Assembly: GCF_004010195.1 (NCBI RefSeq)
Contig: NW_025215369.1
Location: 1 to 35,906 of the forward strand
From: Chiloscyllium plagiosum
Lineage: Eukaryota
Direction of reading: 5' to 3'
Length of the DNA: 35,906 nt
Shown: positions 23,190 to 35,384 of the stretch, one piece after another
Layout: each line of letters starts with the position of its first letter
Numbering within the stretch: the first letter of the stretch is position 1
The notes under the pieces: generated by a model
Databases searched by the model: none
The model's input: the letters and a program-made list of their open reading frames with translations, nothing else
Told to the model about the DNA's origin: nothing
Made by a program: the position numbers and the translations under genes

Positions 23190-23345
23190 TGTCCCAGCGG
23201 AAACCCCACAGAGATTGCATCATGGCCCCGACTCGCGGTGACCGATTTAAACGATGACGCAATTACAACCGCCCCGCCCCCTCTCCCCAAGAGCTCGCGC
23301 AGAGGTGGTTAAACGGCCGCGTCTCGAGGCTCCCCGTGAGCCCTC
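23190..23345. promoter_or_regulatory. Short CpG-rich promoter-like island
   Basis: About 16 CpGs in ~150 bp, tandem GC boxes CCGCCCCGCCCC (23269-23280), ATTGCATCA (23214-23222) and TGACGCAAT (23255-23263). Confidence 0.5.
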
Positions 23346-23404
23346 AGGATGGGCCTCAGCTCAACACCAGCCCCGATTAGAAAAGAAAACAACAAGGAAA
23401 AAAT

Positions 23405-24153
23405 TAGCCTACCATGGGGATCTTTATCAAATGCCTGGCTAAAATCAATAAACACCATAATCACTGGTCCATCTTTATCAAAGTGTTTTGTCACACAGTT
23501 AAGTATCCATAAGTGTGGAATTGTAGGATTGTTAAGAAGGTGTATGGTGTGTTGGCTTTCATTAGCAAGGGCATTGACTTTAAGAGCTGCAAGATTATGC
23601 TGCAGCTCTATAGAGTCCTGGTTAGACCACTCTTGGAATACTGTGTTCAGTTTTGGTTGTTTCATTATAGAAAGGATGTGGAAGCTTCAGAGAGGGTGTA
23701 GAGGAGATTTACCAGGATGCTCCATGGCCTGGAGTGCATGGCTTATGAAGGAAGTTTGTGAGAGCTAAGGCTTTTCTCATTGGAGCGAAAAAGGGTCAGA
23801 GGCCCTTCATAGAGGTGTGCAAGATAAGAGGCAAAGATCGTGAGTAGTCAGATTTTTGCCAGGGCAAAAAATGGTTATCAGGAGAGGGCATAATTTTAAG
23901 GTGATTGGAGAAAGGTGGAGGTGGGTGTGTCATGGGTCGGTTCTTTACACAGAAAGTGGTGCTGGAATGCATTGTCAGTGGTGGTAGTAGAGATGGATAC
24001 ATTAGGGACATTTAAGCAACTTGTGGATAGGCACATGGATGATGGGTGAGTAGAATGAAGTGAGTAGGTTAGTTTGATCTTGTAATAGAATAAAATATAG
24101 ACACAAAAGTGAGGTTTGAAGGGCATGTACTCTGCTGTACTGTTCCATGTTCT
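23405..24153 (+). mobile_element. CR1 3' fragment (23520-24153, plus) preceded by an inverted RT piece (23405-23500, minus)
   Basis: The plus strand has LYRVLVRPLLEYCVQFW and a tail GAAGGGCATGTACTCTGCTGTACTGTTCCATGTTCT. The minus strand has DFSQAFDKDPHGRL. Confidence 0.85.
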
Positions 24154-24159
24154 GTCTCG

Positions 24160-25140
24160 GTTATCTGTAAAAATAATAGGGTGGTTGTGGTAGGGCATTT
24201 TAACTTTCCAAATGTAGACTGGGACTGCCATAATGTTAAGGGTTTAGATGGAGAGGAATTTGTTACGGATGTGCAAGATTTTAAAAAAAAATTCAGCTGT
24301 ATGTGGATGTACCTGCTAGAGCCGGTCAGGTTTTGCACCATCACTTGAGAAAGAAGGCAGGGCAAGTGACAGAGGTGTCAGTGGGGGAGCACTTTGGGGC
24401 CAGTAACCATAATTCTAGTCCTATTAAGATAGTTATGGGAATGGTAAGATTGATTTTGAAAGTTCCAGTTTCAAATTGTCGGAAGGCCCATTATGATGGT
24501 ATTGGAAAAGAACATGCAAAGGTTAATTGGGGGCAGATGTTTGCATGTGAAAGAATGGCTAGAAATTGGGAAGTCTTTCAAAATGAGATAATGAGTCCAG
24601 AGACAATATGTTCATGTTAGGGTGAAAGACAAGGCTGGTAGGTGGAGGGAATGCTGAATAACGAGAGAAATTGCGGTTTTGGTTCAGAAAAAAGAAGCAT
24701 TTGTCAGGTGCAGACAGCAGGGATCGAGTGAATCCTGATAAGAGTATACTTAAGAAGAAAATATGGAGGGTTAAAAGGGAACAGGAGATAGCTTGGCCAG
24801 ATAGTGTTCAGGGGAATCCCAAGATATTTATAAATACATTAAGGACAGAAAAGGAACTCGAGAGAGAATGGGCTGCCTTTCTGATCTGTGAGGGGTAGTA
24901 TGTGTGGAATTGCAGGAGATAGGTGGGATACAAAATTAATATTGGTATCAGTGATTACTGTGGAGACGGACATGGAAGATGTAGAATTTTGGGAAATAGA
25001 TGGTGACATTTTGAAAAATATCCATATTACAGCGGAGGAGGTGCTGGATGTCTTTAGACTCATGAAGATGCATAAACCCTCGGACCTGATCAGCTGTTAA
25101 CCTTGGAAATCTGTGGGAAGCTAGGGAGGTGATTGGTGGG
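24160..25140 (+). mobile_element. Decayed CR1 ORF2 fragment (APE endonuclease to linker)
   Basis: Encodes VVVVGHFNFPNVDWD and GDILKNIHITAEEVLD. Confidence 0.83.
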
Positions 25141-25620
25141 GCAACATCCGAGGAGCAGGAGAATCCACGTTTCAGGCATAAGTCCTTCTTCAGGAATGTG
25201 AGGCATGAAATGAGGCTGAGAAATAAATGTGGGGTGGGGGTGCAAGGCGATAGGTAGATGCAGGTGGAGGGGTGATAGTGATTAGGTTGGTTGGGTGGGT
25301 GGAGTGGATAAGTGGGAAGGAAGATGGACAAGTCGGACAGTTCAAGAGGGCAGTGGCAAAGGTTGGTCAGGGATGCATTGGGATGAGGGGAGATAAGGGA
25401 ACTTGTTAAATTGGCATTGATGCTTTTTGTTTGAAGGGTCCCAAGGCAGAAGGTGAGGCTTTCTTCCTTCAGCGATTGGATGGCTTGGATTTGGCACTGG
25501 AGGAGGCCTTGAACTTGCATGACCTTAGCAGCATATGAGGAGGGAGTTATTTGATGCATGTCCCAGAGATATTCCCTGAAATATTCCATGGATTGTTGTC
25601 CATCTCCACAATATGATGAA
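25141..25620 (-). mobile_element. Old Penelope-like 3' fragment with degenerate HHR
   Basis: Encodes LKEESLTFCLGTLQTKSIN, and has pLTR-like GAGAATCCACGTTTCAGGCATAAGTCCTTCTTCAGGAAT. Confidence 0.8.
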
Positions 25621-25639
25621 TGTTGAGATTAGAAATAGA

Positions 25640-27212
25640 AGTTTGATTAATCCCAGGACTGGATGGAATGTATCCGAGGTTGCTGATGGAGGCGAGAGAG
25701 GAAATAGCTGTTGCCCTGACAGATATCTTTGTGGCATCCTTAAATACAGGTGAGGTGCCGGAGGACTGGAGGATTGATCATTTTGTCCACCTGTCCAAGA
25801 AGGGTAGTAGGGATATTCAGGATAAGTGCAGACGAGTGAGCCTGACGTTAGTGGTGGGAAACTTGCTGGAGAATGTACTGAAGGATAGGATCGATTTATA
25901 TTTAGAAAAGAATGGGCTTATCAATGATAGGCAACATGGTTTTGTGCGGGGCAGTTCGTGCCTTAACAACTTAATAGAGTTCTTCGAGGAAGTGACCAAG
26001 TTGATAGATGAAGGAAGAGCTGTGGATGTTATATACATGGACTTTAGTAAGGCGTTTGATAAGTTTCCCCATGGTAAACTCATGGCGAAAGTGAAGTCAC
26101 GTGGTGTGCAGTGTATTCTAGCAAGTTGGATAAAGAGCTGGTTGCGCAGCAGGAGACAGAGTAGTAGTTGAAGGGAGTTTCTCGAAATGGAGAAAGGTGT
26201 CCAGTGATGTTCCACACAGGGGTCAGTGTTGGGGCAACTGTTTGTAACGTACATAAATGATCACAAAGAGGGCACTGTTGGTATGATCAGCAAGTTGCAG
26301 ATGACACAAAGATTGATAGAGTAGCAGAAAGCATAAGGGACTGTCAAAGAATACAGGAGGATATTGATAGACTGGAGAATTGGGCGGAAAATTGGCAGAT
26401 GGTTTTCAATCCAGAAGTATGTGAGGTGATGCATTTAGGCAAGACCAATTCTAGAGCCAATTATACAATGAACAGAAGAGCCTTGGGAAATATTGATCGG
26501 CAGAAAGATCTGGGAGTGCAGTTCCATCATACCCTGAAGTTGCTGCACAGGTGGATAGAGTGGTCAATAAGACATATAGTATGCTTGCCGTCATTCGACG
26601 GGGTATTGAGTGTAAGAGCTGGCAAGTCATATCAAAATTGTACAAGACATTGATTCGGCCTCATTTAGAATGCTGTGTACAGTTCTGGTCGCCACATTAC
26701 CAAAAGGATATGGACGCTTTGGAGAGGGTGCAGAGAAGGTTTACGAGGATGTTGCCTGGTATGGAAGGTGCTAGATATGAATAAAAGTTGAATAGGTTAG
26801 GGTTATTTTCATTCGGAAAAAGGAGACTGAGGGGGGGACCTTGTTGAGGATTACAAAATCATGAAGGGTATAGACTGGATAGACAGAGACATGCATTTTC
26901 CCAGGGTGAAGGATACAATGACGCGAGGTCACGATTTTGAGGTGAGTGGTGGGAAGTTTAAGGGGGATACACTCGGCAGGTGCTTCACACTGAGGGTGGT
27001 GGGCATTTGGAACACGTTGCCAGCAGAGGTGGTAGAGGAAGGCTCGGTAGATTCATTTAAGATGCTTCTGGACAAATGCATGAGGAGATGGGGAGCAGAG
27101 GGATACAGATGGTTATGAATTGACCGAGGTTTAGACAGTGCATTTGGATCGGATTGGGCTTGGATCGGAAGGGCCTGTTCCTGGGCTGTACATTTTATTT
27201 GTTCTTTGTTTT
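25640..27212 (+). mobile_element. CR1 LINE RT domain and 3' UTR, with stops and frameshifts
   Basis: Encodes GEVPEDWR, QHGFVRG, MDFSKAFDK, ADDTK (~26297) and RPHLECCVQFWSP, ending in the tail GAAGGGCCTGTTCCTGGGCTGTA. Confidence 0.93.
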
Positions 27213-27830
27213 ATGCAGAGGGGACATCATCAAGAGCAACGGACACAGTGGATGAGGTGTTTGGATGTGCAGGGAAATCTCTGCCGGTTGTGGAAAAAAT
27301 CCATTGCGGCCTTGGTCAAAGGTGAGTGGGGGACGTTTGAGTGCAGGTTTTACGATGCTTGCAATGGCAAGGGAAGGTGGTGCCAGGTGTGCTTGGGGAG
27401 TGGGGGGACGGGATGCGTGGACCTAATGAGGGAGTCATGGAGGAATGGCCTCTACAGAACACAGATAGGGATAGCAATGAAATATATCTCTCGGGTTGGG
27501 GTCTGATTGAAGGTGGTGGAGGATAATACATTGGACCTGGAGATTATTGGAGTGGAAAGTAACGATTTGGGGGGGTTTTGAGTCATTATTGGAGGGGTGG
27601 CGTTCAAGGCTGGAGGTGCGGGAAGTGGAGAAGATGTGCTGGAGGGCATTCTTGATCATGTGGGAGGGGACATTTCAGTCATTGACAGAGGAGGCCACCT
27701 GGGATGGCCTGAAGTTGAACTGCTGTTCCCTGGGAACAGATATGGGTGAGCTGGAGGAATTGGGTGAAAGGATTACGTTTTCACAGGACGACTAGTAGGA
27801 GGTGTCATCCACATAGCTGTGGGAATGTGT
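27213..27830 (-). mobile_element. Old Penelope-like internal fragment
   Basis: Minus-strand sequence resembles the 2091-3270 and 15909-17015 elements (PGTTFPCHCKHRKTC; HHLQSDP). Confidence 0.78.
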
Positions 27831-27954
27831 GAATCTATTCTCAGTATGAAGAACAGAGGTCCTTTGCAGGTCTTGGAGACTGTGGCCCTGAGCTGGGGCA
27901 GGGCTGACTGCAGGGAGAGTAGGTGGTGGCGCATTACTTAATAGTCAGGTCTTG

Positions 27955-28174
27955 NNNNNNNNNNNNNNNNNNNNNNNNNNNNNNNNNNNNNNNNNNNNNN
28001 NNNNNNNNNNNNNNNNNNNNNNNNNNNNNNNNNNNNNNNNNNNNNNNNNNNNNNNNNNNNNNNNNNNNNNNNNNNNNNNNNNNNNNNNNNNNNNNNNNNN
28101 NNNNNNNNNNNNNNNNNNNNNNNNNNNNNNNNNNNNNNNNNNNNNNNNNNNNNNNNNNNNNNNNNNNNNNNNNN
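27955..28174. other. Assembly gap (N run)
   Basis: Run of N. Confidence 1.
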
Positions 28175-28478
28175 TAAGATTTATAAAATCAGGAGGGCAG
28201 AGATAGATAAGGGCTTTTCCCTTAGGTGGAGAGTCTGGAACCGGAGGGTGTAGGTTTAGGCTGAGAGGAGAAATATGTAAAGAGGTCCTAAGGGGCAATG
28301 TTTTCATGCAAAAGGTTGTGCATGTATGGATTGAGCTGCCAGAGGAAGGCTGGTACAATTACAACAAGTAAAAGGCATTTAGATGGCTAAATGAATTGGA
28401 AGCGTTTAGAGGGATATGGGCCACGTGATGACAAATGGGTCTAGATTAATTTAGAATATCTGGGTGGCATGGACGAAT
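28175..28478 (+). mobile_element. CR1 3' end fragment
   Basis: Typical CR1 ORF2 C-terminus and UTR (TTTAGAGGGATATGGGCC...CAAATGGG). Confidence 0.8.
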
Positions 28479-29277
28479 TAGCCTTTCCTCAGAAGATCTT
28501 CCCTCCATACCAGGCAACATCCTAGTAAATTCATCTGAACACTTTCCAAAATTTCCATATCCTTCCTATAACGTGGTGACCATAAGTGTACGCAATACTC
28601 CAAGAGAGGCTCCGCCAGAATTTTGTACCTCTGCAGCATGACCTCGTGGCTCCAAAACTCAATATCTCTTATCAATAAAAGCTAACACGCCGTACGCCTT
28701 AACAACCCTATCAACCTGGGTGAGAACTTTCAGGGATTTATTTACATGGACACTGAGATCTCTTGGCTCACCTACACTGCCAAAAACTTTCCAGTACTCT
28801 TTATTCCTGTTGCTCCTTCCAAAGTGAATCACCTCACACTTTTCCACATTAAACTCCTTTTGCCACCGCTCAGCCCAGCGCTGCAGCTTATCTATGTCCC
28901 CCTGTAACCTGCAACATCATTCGGCACTATTCACAATTCCACCGACATTACTGTCATCCGCAAACTTACGAACCCACCCTTCTACGCCCACATCTAGGTC
29001 ATTTATTAAATGGCAAACGCCAATGGACCCAAAACAGATCCTTGCGGACGACCACCAACAACGGAACTCCAGGATGAACATTTCCCATCAACCACCACTC
29101 TCTGTCTTCTTTCAACTAGCCAATTTCTGATCCAAACTGCTAAATCACCCTCAATCCCATGCCTTTGTACTTTGTGCAATACACGACCATGTTGAACCTT
29201 ATCAGACACCTTACTGAACTCCATGAACATCTCATCAACCGTTTTACCCTCATCCACCTGTTTGGTCACCATTTCAA

Positions 29278-29469
29278 AGAGGTAAAAACAAGGACTGCAG
29301 ATGCTGGAAACCACAGTCTAGATTAGAGTGGTGCTGGAAAAGCCCAGCAGGTCAGGCAGCATCCGAGGAGCAGGTTCCGGATGAAGGGCATTTGCCCGAA
29401 ATGTCAATTTTCCTGCTCCTCGGATGCTGCCTTACCTGCTGTGCTTTTTCAGCACCCCTCTAATCTAGA
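29278..29469. mobile_element. Foldback Penelope pLTR inserted into the CR1
   Basis: Inverted arms at ~29317-29374 and ~29412-29470 flank a degenerate HHR. TSD CACCATTTCAA at 29267-29277 and 29470-29480. Confidence 0.9.
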
Positions 29470-30009
29470 CACCATTTCAAGGAACTCAGTAAGGTTCGTG
29501 AGGCACGATGTACCCTTCACAAAACCGTATTGACTACCCCCAATCAATGTTTTCCTTTCTAGATGATTATAAATTTTATCTCTTTATAACTCTTCCCAAC
29601 GCTTTACCCACAACTGAAGTAAGGCTCACTGCTCCATAATTACCAGGGTTATCTCTCCACCCCTTCTTGACAAGGGGACATTTGCTATCCTCCAGTCTTC
29701 TGGCACTATTCCTCTAGACTATGAAGACATGAAAATCAAAGTCAAAGGCTCTACAATATCTCCCCAGGCTTCCCAGAGAATCCTAGGTTAAATCCCATCT
29801 GGCCCAGGGGACTTAGCTATTTTCACACTTTCCAGAATTGCTAACACCTCCGCCTTGTGAACCTCAATCCTGTCTAGTCTAGCAGCCTCCATCTCAGTAT
29901 TTCCCTTGACAATATTGTCTCCTTCCAGTGTGAATACTGACAAAAAAATATTCATTTAGCACTTTTCCTATCTCCTCAGACTCGATGCACAACTTCCCAC
30001 TACCGGAAA

Positions 30010-30112
30010 GAAGCCCTTCCTGAGAGGAAGGGACTTATGCCCGAAACGTCGATTCTCCTGATCCCTGGATGCTGCCTGGCCTGCTGCGCTTTTCCAGCAA
30101 CACATTTTCAGC
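30010..30112 (+). mobile_element. Penelope pLTR fragment in the CR1
   Basis: CTTATGCCCGAAACGTCGATTCTCCTG...CAACACATTTTCAGC matches other pLTRs in the window. Confidence 0.85.
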
Positions 30113-30948
30113 CCTAATCTTTTATTCCTGATTATACCTATTAAAAGCTTTCGGGTTTTCCTTGATCCTATCTGCCAACAACTTCTCATTCCCCTCCTGG
30201 CTCTTCTTAGTTCTCTTTTCACGTGTTTCCTAGATTGATTGTATCCGTCATGCGCTCTTTTCCTCCCATAAGAACTTCCCTGTTACAATTGCTCCGTTGC
30301 AGAATCATATTTGCAATCCTTTCCTCTCCCTCTGGAACTAATCCGGAGGCCGTTTGAAAACTCCCAAAAGGGTGACTTCTCCTTTCCTATTTCTAATCTC
30401 AGTCCATACTACCTCAGTAGACGAGTCTTCAAACATCCTTTCTGTCATAGTAGTAGTGCCCTTGACGAACAATGCCATACCTCCCCCTTTTTTTGCCATC
30501 TTCTCTGTTTTTACTGAAACATTTAAATCCCGGAACCTGCAACAACTATTCCTGTTCCTGCTCTATCCATGTCTCTGAAATGGCCACAACATTGAAGTCC
30601 CAGGTACCAATCCATGCTGCAAGTTCATTCACCTTATTCCGAAAACGCCTGGTGTTGACGTAGACACATTTCATACCACCTTCTTGCTTGCTGGTGCACT
30701 CTTGCATCCTTGAAACCATATTTCTGACCTCAATATCCTGGACACTGGAACTACAATTTAGGTTCCCATCCCCCTGACGAATTAGTTTAATCCCTCCCAG
30801 AAAGCACCCCCCAGGATATTGGGACCCTCTGGTTCAGGTACAGACCATCCTGTTTGTAGACGTCCCACCTAACCCACAATGAGCCCCAATTCTCCAGCTA
30901 TCCAAAACTCTTACCCCCTGCACCATCCCTGCAGCGACGTGTTCAACT

Positions 30949-30973
30949 CCTCTCTCTCTCTCTCTCTCTCTCA
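30949..30973. repeat. (TC)n microsatellite
   Basis: Directly visible. Confidence 0.85.
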
Positions 30974-32334
30974 CTCACTATTCCTCCCCTCACCAGCATG
31001 TGGCACGGGTGACAAAATAGAGATAACAACTGCTTGTTCTCGCTCTAAGCTTCCACCCTAGTTCCCTGAATTTCTGCCATAAATCCACATGCCTTTTCCT
31101 AACTATGTCGCTCGTGCCTACATGGACCACGATTTGGAGCTGCTAGAGCCATCCAAGGATCTCGAAACACGATCTGAGACATCACGAACTTTGGCACCTG
31201 GGAGGCAACACCCAAACTGTGAGTCTCTCTCATTCCTACAGAACCTCCTTTATGACCCACTAACTCGGGAGTCCCTGGTGTAGAAATGTCCAATTCTGGA
31301 AATGATTGAGAGGGGGGTCAATGTTGTCAATGAGGGCCGTCGAGATGGGGAAATGGGACTTGGCTTGAGGACTGATAGAGGACAAAAAAACAGAGCAGGA
31401 GTAAATATGCCACTACCATAATGTCGGGTTGGTATTAGTGAGTGACACAAGGATCATTTCTGGCAATACAGGCATAATTTCTATCAAAGACTTAGATAAT
31501 GGGATCATGCATTGCCTTTGATCTTAACACAATATTAAGTTGACAGTAATAGGCAAGGAGGACGTAGGAGCGCTGAGAAGGGAAAGGGCAGGTTCAGTGA
31601 GTAAAGGAGGACAAAATAGTCTGTGCAGTATAATGTAGAGAGATGTGAGGCATTGTTCATTCATTTCATTCCTGGAAATGTTTTAGGCCATCGACAAAAT
31701 TTCAGATCATTTTTCGGTCCATTATTCTGTGGAAAACTTTACAATATACCATCCTGTACTCTGGCGAGTCAGAACTGATGATTTTGAAAGAGTCAGTCAG
31801 CCATGTTAGCTTTGTGCATGCTGCCATTTGAAGTTAACACAGCACCGCATTAACTGTATAAATAAGGGAAAAAACAGAAACGAAATACTGGAGAATTGGG
31901 GTTCAATGTCCATTTGAGTGCAACATTTATTCACCAGGTTGCTAGCTGGACAACAAGGGTTCAATTGTGAGGGGCTGTGATGACGCAATTGTGATGACGC
32001 AAACCCATGGTTCAATTCCTCGAATTAAGAAGGGTCCGAGGATCAAGAATGTCACAGAACAACTTCAGGACATCTTGTGGTGTGGGGTTTGCTGGGGAGG
32101 GACAGGGGTTGGAGTGGGAATGTGTGGAACATGAAGAACCCAAGATCCTGATGCACATTAGTACCAACAATGTCTGGGAGTAAAATCAATGCTCACAGTC
32201 TAGCATCTTGTCATTAATCACCCTTTATTTACAAATGCACAGTTTATGACAGTGGCCTCTCACTGGGTCAGATATTCAACATCTCAATTTCCCTGTTGTC
32301 TACTTTCACCAGATGCTGGCCAATCAACTCTCAC

Positions 32335-32960
32335 AGAGTCGATACAACTCGGCTGATACGCTATCATTTCCGCGAGCCTTACTCTTTTCTAAGGATTCAG
32401 GAGCCTTGGTCAGCACCTCCAGAGCTAGCGGCTGGTCCAGCCTCTTCCATATGTTATCATTTAAAACCTGCACAATAGAAAGTAATGACTGGGAGGCAGC
32501 GCTATCTGTGAGAGTCATGTCATGTAATATGGCGCAAAGGGTTTTGCTTATCCTCAGGATGTCAGGATGAGATATCGTTACAGAGTGATTTTTCTCCCTT
32601 TCAGGCTGCTGAGCATCCAGCACTTCCTGTGCAATTTGTCGAAGACCAAATGTGAGCGCGCCCCATCCTGCTCCACTGTGTGGACCCCGGACCGGGAGAT
32701 TATCTTGGTGGATTCGAAGGTAAAGAGTGAGGCTTTCTGGCTCTTCACCTCCTGAAAATCCTCCCTGACATCGACACCCATCGTCTGCACCAGGGGTAGA
32801 TTCTGCACGCTTTTCTGTAGTTTGGACAGTTGTCCCCATTGCACTCTCACATTCTGAGGACCTTTGAGAATAAAGATCCGCTTGGTGTTCCCCTTGACTC
32901 TTTACTGCTATTCTGAGGGAGGCTCAAAGAGGTTCTTCACGGTTCTCCAACCATTAATGT
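32335..32960 (-). mobile_element. Tx1/L1-clade non-LTR retrotransposon fragment (EN-RT linker), frameshifted
   Basis: KIISRSGVHTVEQDG..., then DILRISKTLCAILHD...RLDQPLALEVLTKAPESLEKSKARGNDSVSAELY (degenerate K.PG.DG...E.Y). Confidence 0.8.
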
Positions 32961-33029
32961 GGGAGACTACAAATTATGCCACCTTTCTCCAGAACTTAGA
33001 AGATAGGGTTTATGAAGATAACCAATTTC

Positions 33030-33340
33030 CACGGTTTGTGGATTCAAACACAAAGGGACGTAGTCTGCGATGTCGGGCTAATGTGTTCAGGAGAGATGAT
33101 AGGAAGCACTGCCACACAGAAAGGGTGTTGCATGGTGGGAACTCTCTTCCACAAATGGGTAGTAGATGCTGGATTAGATGTTAATTTTATATCTGAGATA
33201 GATTTATTTATCTTAAGCATACTTAGTAGGGGATAAGGCACAAACACAGGTATATGGAGTTTGGCTGCACATCAGTCACTGAATGCTGTGACAAGCTCAC
33301 GGGGGCTGAATGTCCTGTTATTTAGTTCCATGAGTATTAA
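33030..33340 (+). mobile_element. Decayed CR1/L2-type 3' end
   Basis: Contains GGAACTCTCTTCCACAAA...GAGATAGATTTATT...AAGCTCACGGGGGCTGAATGTCCT. Confidence 0.6.
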
Positions 33341-33354
33341 CTGCCTCCCACAGC

Positions 33355-33690
33355 CTAGAATACGGTCCCTAAAGTGTGGAATTAGGACCTTCAGCCCAAC
33401 AAATCCATGCCTACCCTCTGAAGAGTAAACCACCCAGCCACATTCACCTGCCCAATACTTACCTATGACGAATGCACTTAACCTACACATCCTTGAACAC
33501 CATGAGCAGCTCAGCCTGGTTCATTTTTCGGTCCTGCATATATTTTGGATTGTTGGAGGAAACCAGAACACCCAAAGAAATCCCACGCAGGCACGGGGAG
33601 AACGTGCACAGGTAGTCTCCCGAGGTTAAAATCAAACCCCGGTCCCTGATGCTGTGAAGTAGCAGTGCGAACCACTGAGAAAACATGCCA
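33355..33690 (-). mobile_element. Diverged HE1-like V-SINE
   Basis: Colinear similarity to 18682-18986. Confidence 0.82.
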
Positions 33691-34004
33691 TTTCACAGAA
33701 TCCACTGCATTGACATCCTGTCTAAATTTCTGTGCGCTGGAGTGGGCAGAGCTCAGGTTTAACCCAATGCAAGTCTTATGATATTCAAGAGTTCAAATCT
33801 GGGCTGTTTCCCCCAGCGGTGTCGAAAGCGGTGATTTATACAAGTTAAATAACATTCCCCTTTCCTTTGCATTCCATTGACGTTGGATGGCTTATATTTG
33901 ACAAACCTGCTCACCGCTCCCAGTTTCTTTCCAAAAAAGAAGCGTACACCAAGTCTTGATGTTAAGTCTACACCAGAATTCAGCCACTTAATTTATATTA
34001 TCTC

Positions 34005-34628
34005 TTCAAAGTTTGTGCGAAAATTTGTAGCTCGGGTGCTCGTTGTTGTGGTTCTGTTCGCCGAGCTGGAAGTTTTTGTTGCGAACGTTTCGTCCCCTGG
34101 CTAGTCGACATCATCAGTACTTGGGAGCCTCCTGCGAAGCGCTTCTTTGATGTTTCCTCCGGTTTTTATAGTGGTCTGTCCCTGCCGCTTCCGGTTGTCA
34201 GTTTCAACTGTCCGCTGTAGTGGTTGGTTTATTGGGTCCAGGTCGATGTGTTTGTTGATAAAGTTTGTGGATGAATGCCGTGCCTCTAGGAATTCCCTGG
34301 CTGTTCTCTGTCTGGCTTGCCCTATGATAGTAGTGTTGTCCCAGTCGAATTCATGTTGCTTGTTGGCTGCGTGTGTGGCTGCTAAGGCTAGCTGGTCGTG
34401 TCGTTTCGTGGCTAGTTGATGTTCATGTATGCGGATTGTTAGCTGTCTTCCTGTTTGTCCTATATAGTGTTTAGTGCAGTCCTTGCATGGTATTTTATAC
34501 ACTACATTCGTCTTGCTCATGTTGGGTATCGGGTCCTTCGTTCTGGTGAGTTGTTGTCTGAGCGTGGCTGTTGGTTTGTGTGCCGTTATGAGTCCTAGGG
34601 GTCGCAGGAGTCTGGCAGTCAGTTCCGA
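34005..34628 (-). mobile_element. Second-family Penelope-like element 3' fragment (GIY-YIG and HHR)
   Basis: ORF 34101-34520 has NVVYKIPCKDCTKHYIGQTGRQLTIRIHEH. HHR core CTGATGA-T-GTC...GAC-GAAACGTT at ~34084-34117 (minus). Confidence 0.92.
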
Positions 34629-34667
34629 GATCTCGAGACACAGGAGGAGCCTCTTTCAGAGGTAGAG

Positions 34668-34980
34668 AGGATGGCCTAGCAGAATTATTACTGAACTGGT
34701 TAGCCAGGTCACCCAGTCATGTTGTCGGGACCCCAGTTCAAATCCCACTGTGGCAGATGGTGAAGTTTCAATTCAACGTCCGTCTACAATTTAAGAGTCT
34801 AATGATGAACCCCCAGTCGCTTGTCGATTCGCTAATGCCTTTTCGAGAGGTCAGGCCTACACGTGACTCCAGACGTACAACAATGTGTTTGTCACTTAAC
34901 AGTCCTCGAGGCAATTTGGGATGGGCAATAAATGCTGATGCTGGCCAGCGATGCACTCATCCTGTGACTGAATTAAAAAA
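34668..34980 (+). mobile_element. tRNA-derived SINE with an L2-like 3' tail
   Basis: B-box-like AGTTCAAATCCC, and tail GGGCAATAAATGCTG...GCCAGCGATGC...TGAATTAAAAAA. Confidence 0.68.
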
Positions 34981-35384
34981 GAAACATTCTTGAGAATGAT
35001 ACAGAGTAAATGGAAGAAGCACTTTCGCCCATTCTGAATTGGTAAAGAAGAAGAGCAGAGGGCCTTTCAATCCCACTCCTGAGCACATGAATAGCAAAAG
35101 GGCATAACGTTAGTCCATATTGTTCTACATGACAAAGCACAGGCAGGAGGGAAAGGGAAGGCATGAGGAGTAGGGTATTATGGGGTGTAATGACAACTGG
35201 TATGTGAATGAGGGAGCAGTCGGTGAGGTGGGAAGAGGTAGTCCTGGGAGACAGTGCAACATGGATGCACCTGATTGTGTGAATGGACGCAGTAAGCGCC
35301 AACGTTCAATGATGATGTCTGGAAATTTGAAGAGAGGACTGTGACCATCACCACCACCGCCCCAAATTGATTAAAGCTAGAAAT

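Larger units (their letters stand above)
28480..31280 (-). mobile_element. Long internally deleted CR1 LINE: ORF1 esterase remnant, APE N-terminus and RT
   Basis: Minus strand reads, in order, GDS / CCLPGAKV / VVHVGTSDI / DGLYLN (SGNH-like ORF1), VNELAAWI...VAISETW (APE), QGSVLGP, KFADD and PLLEYCVHLWSP. Confidence 0.87.

Noticed and set aside
32324..32850. Possible host exon (171-aa and 90-aa ORFs)
   Set aside because: The two frames join into a frameshifted Tx1/L1-type linker region.
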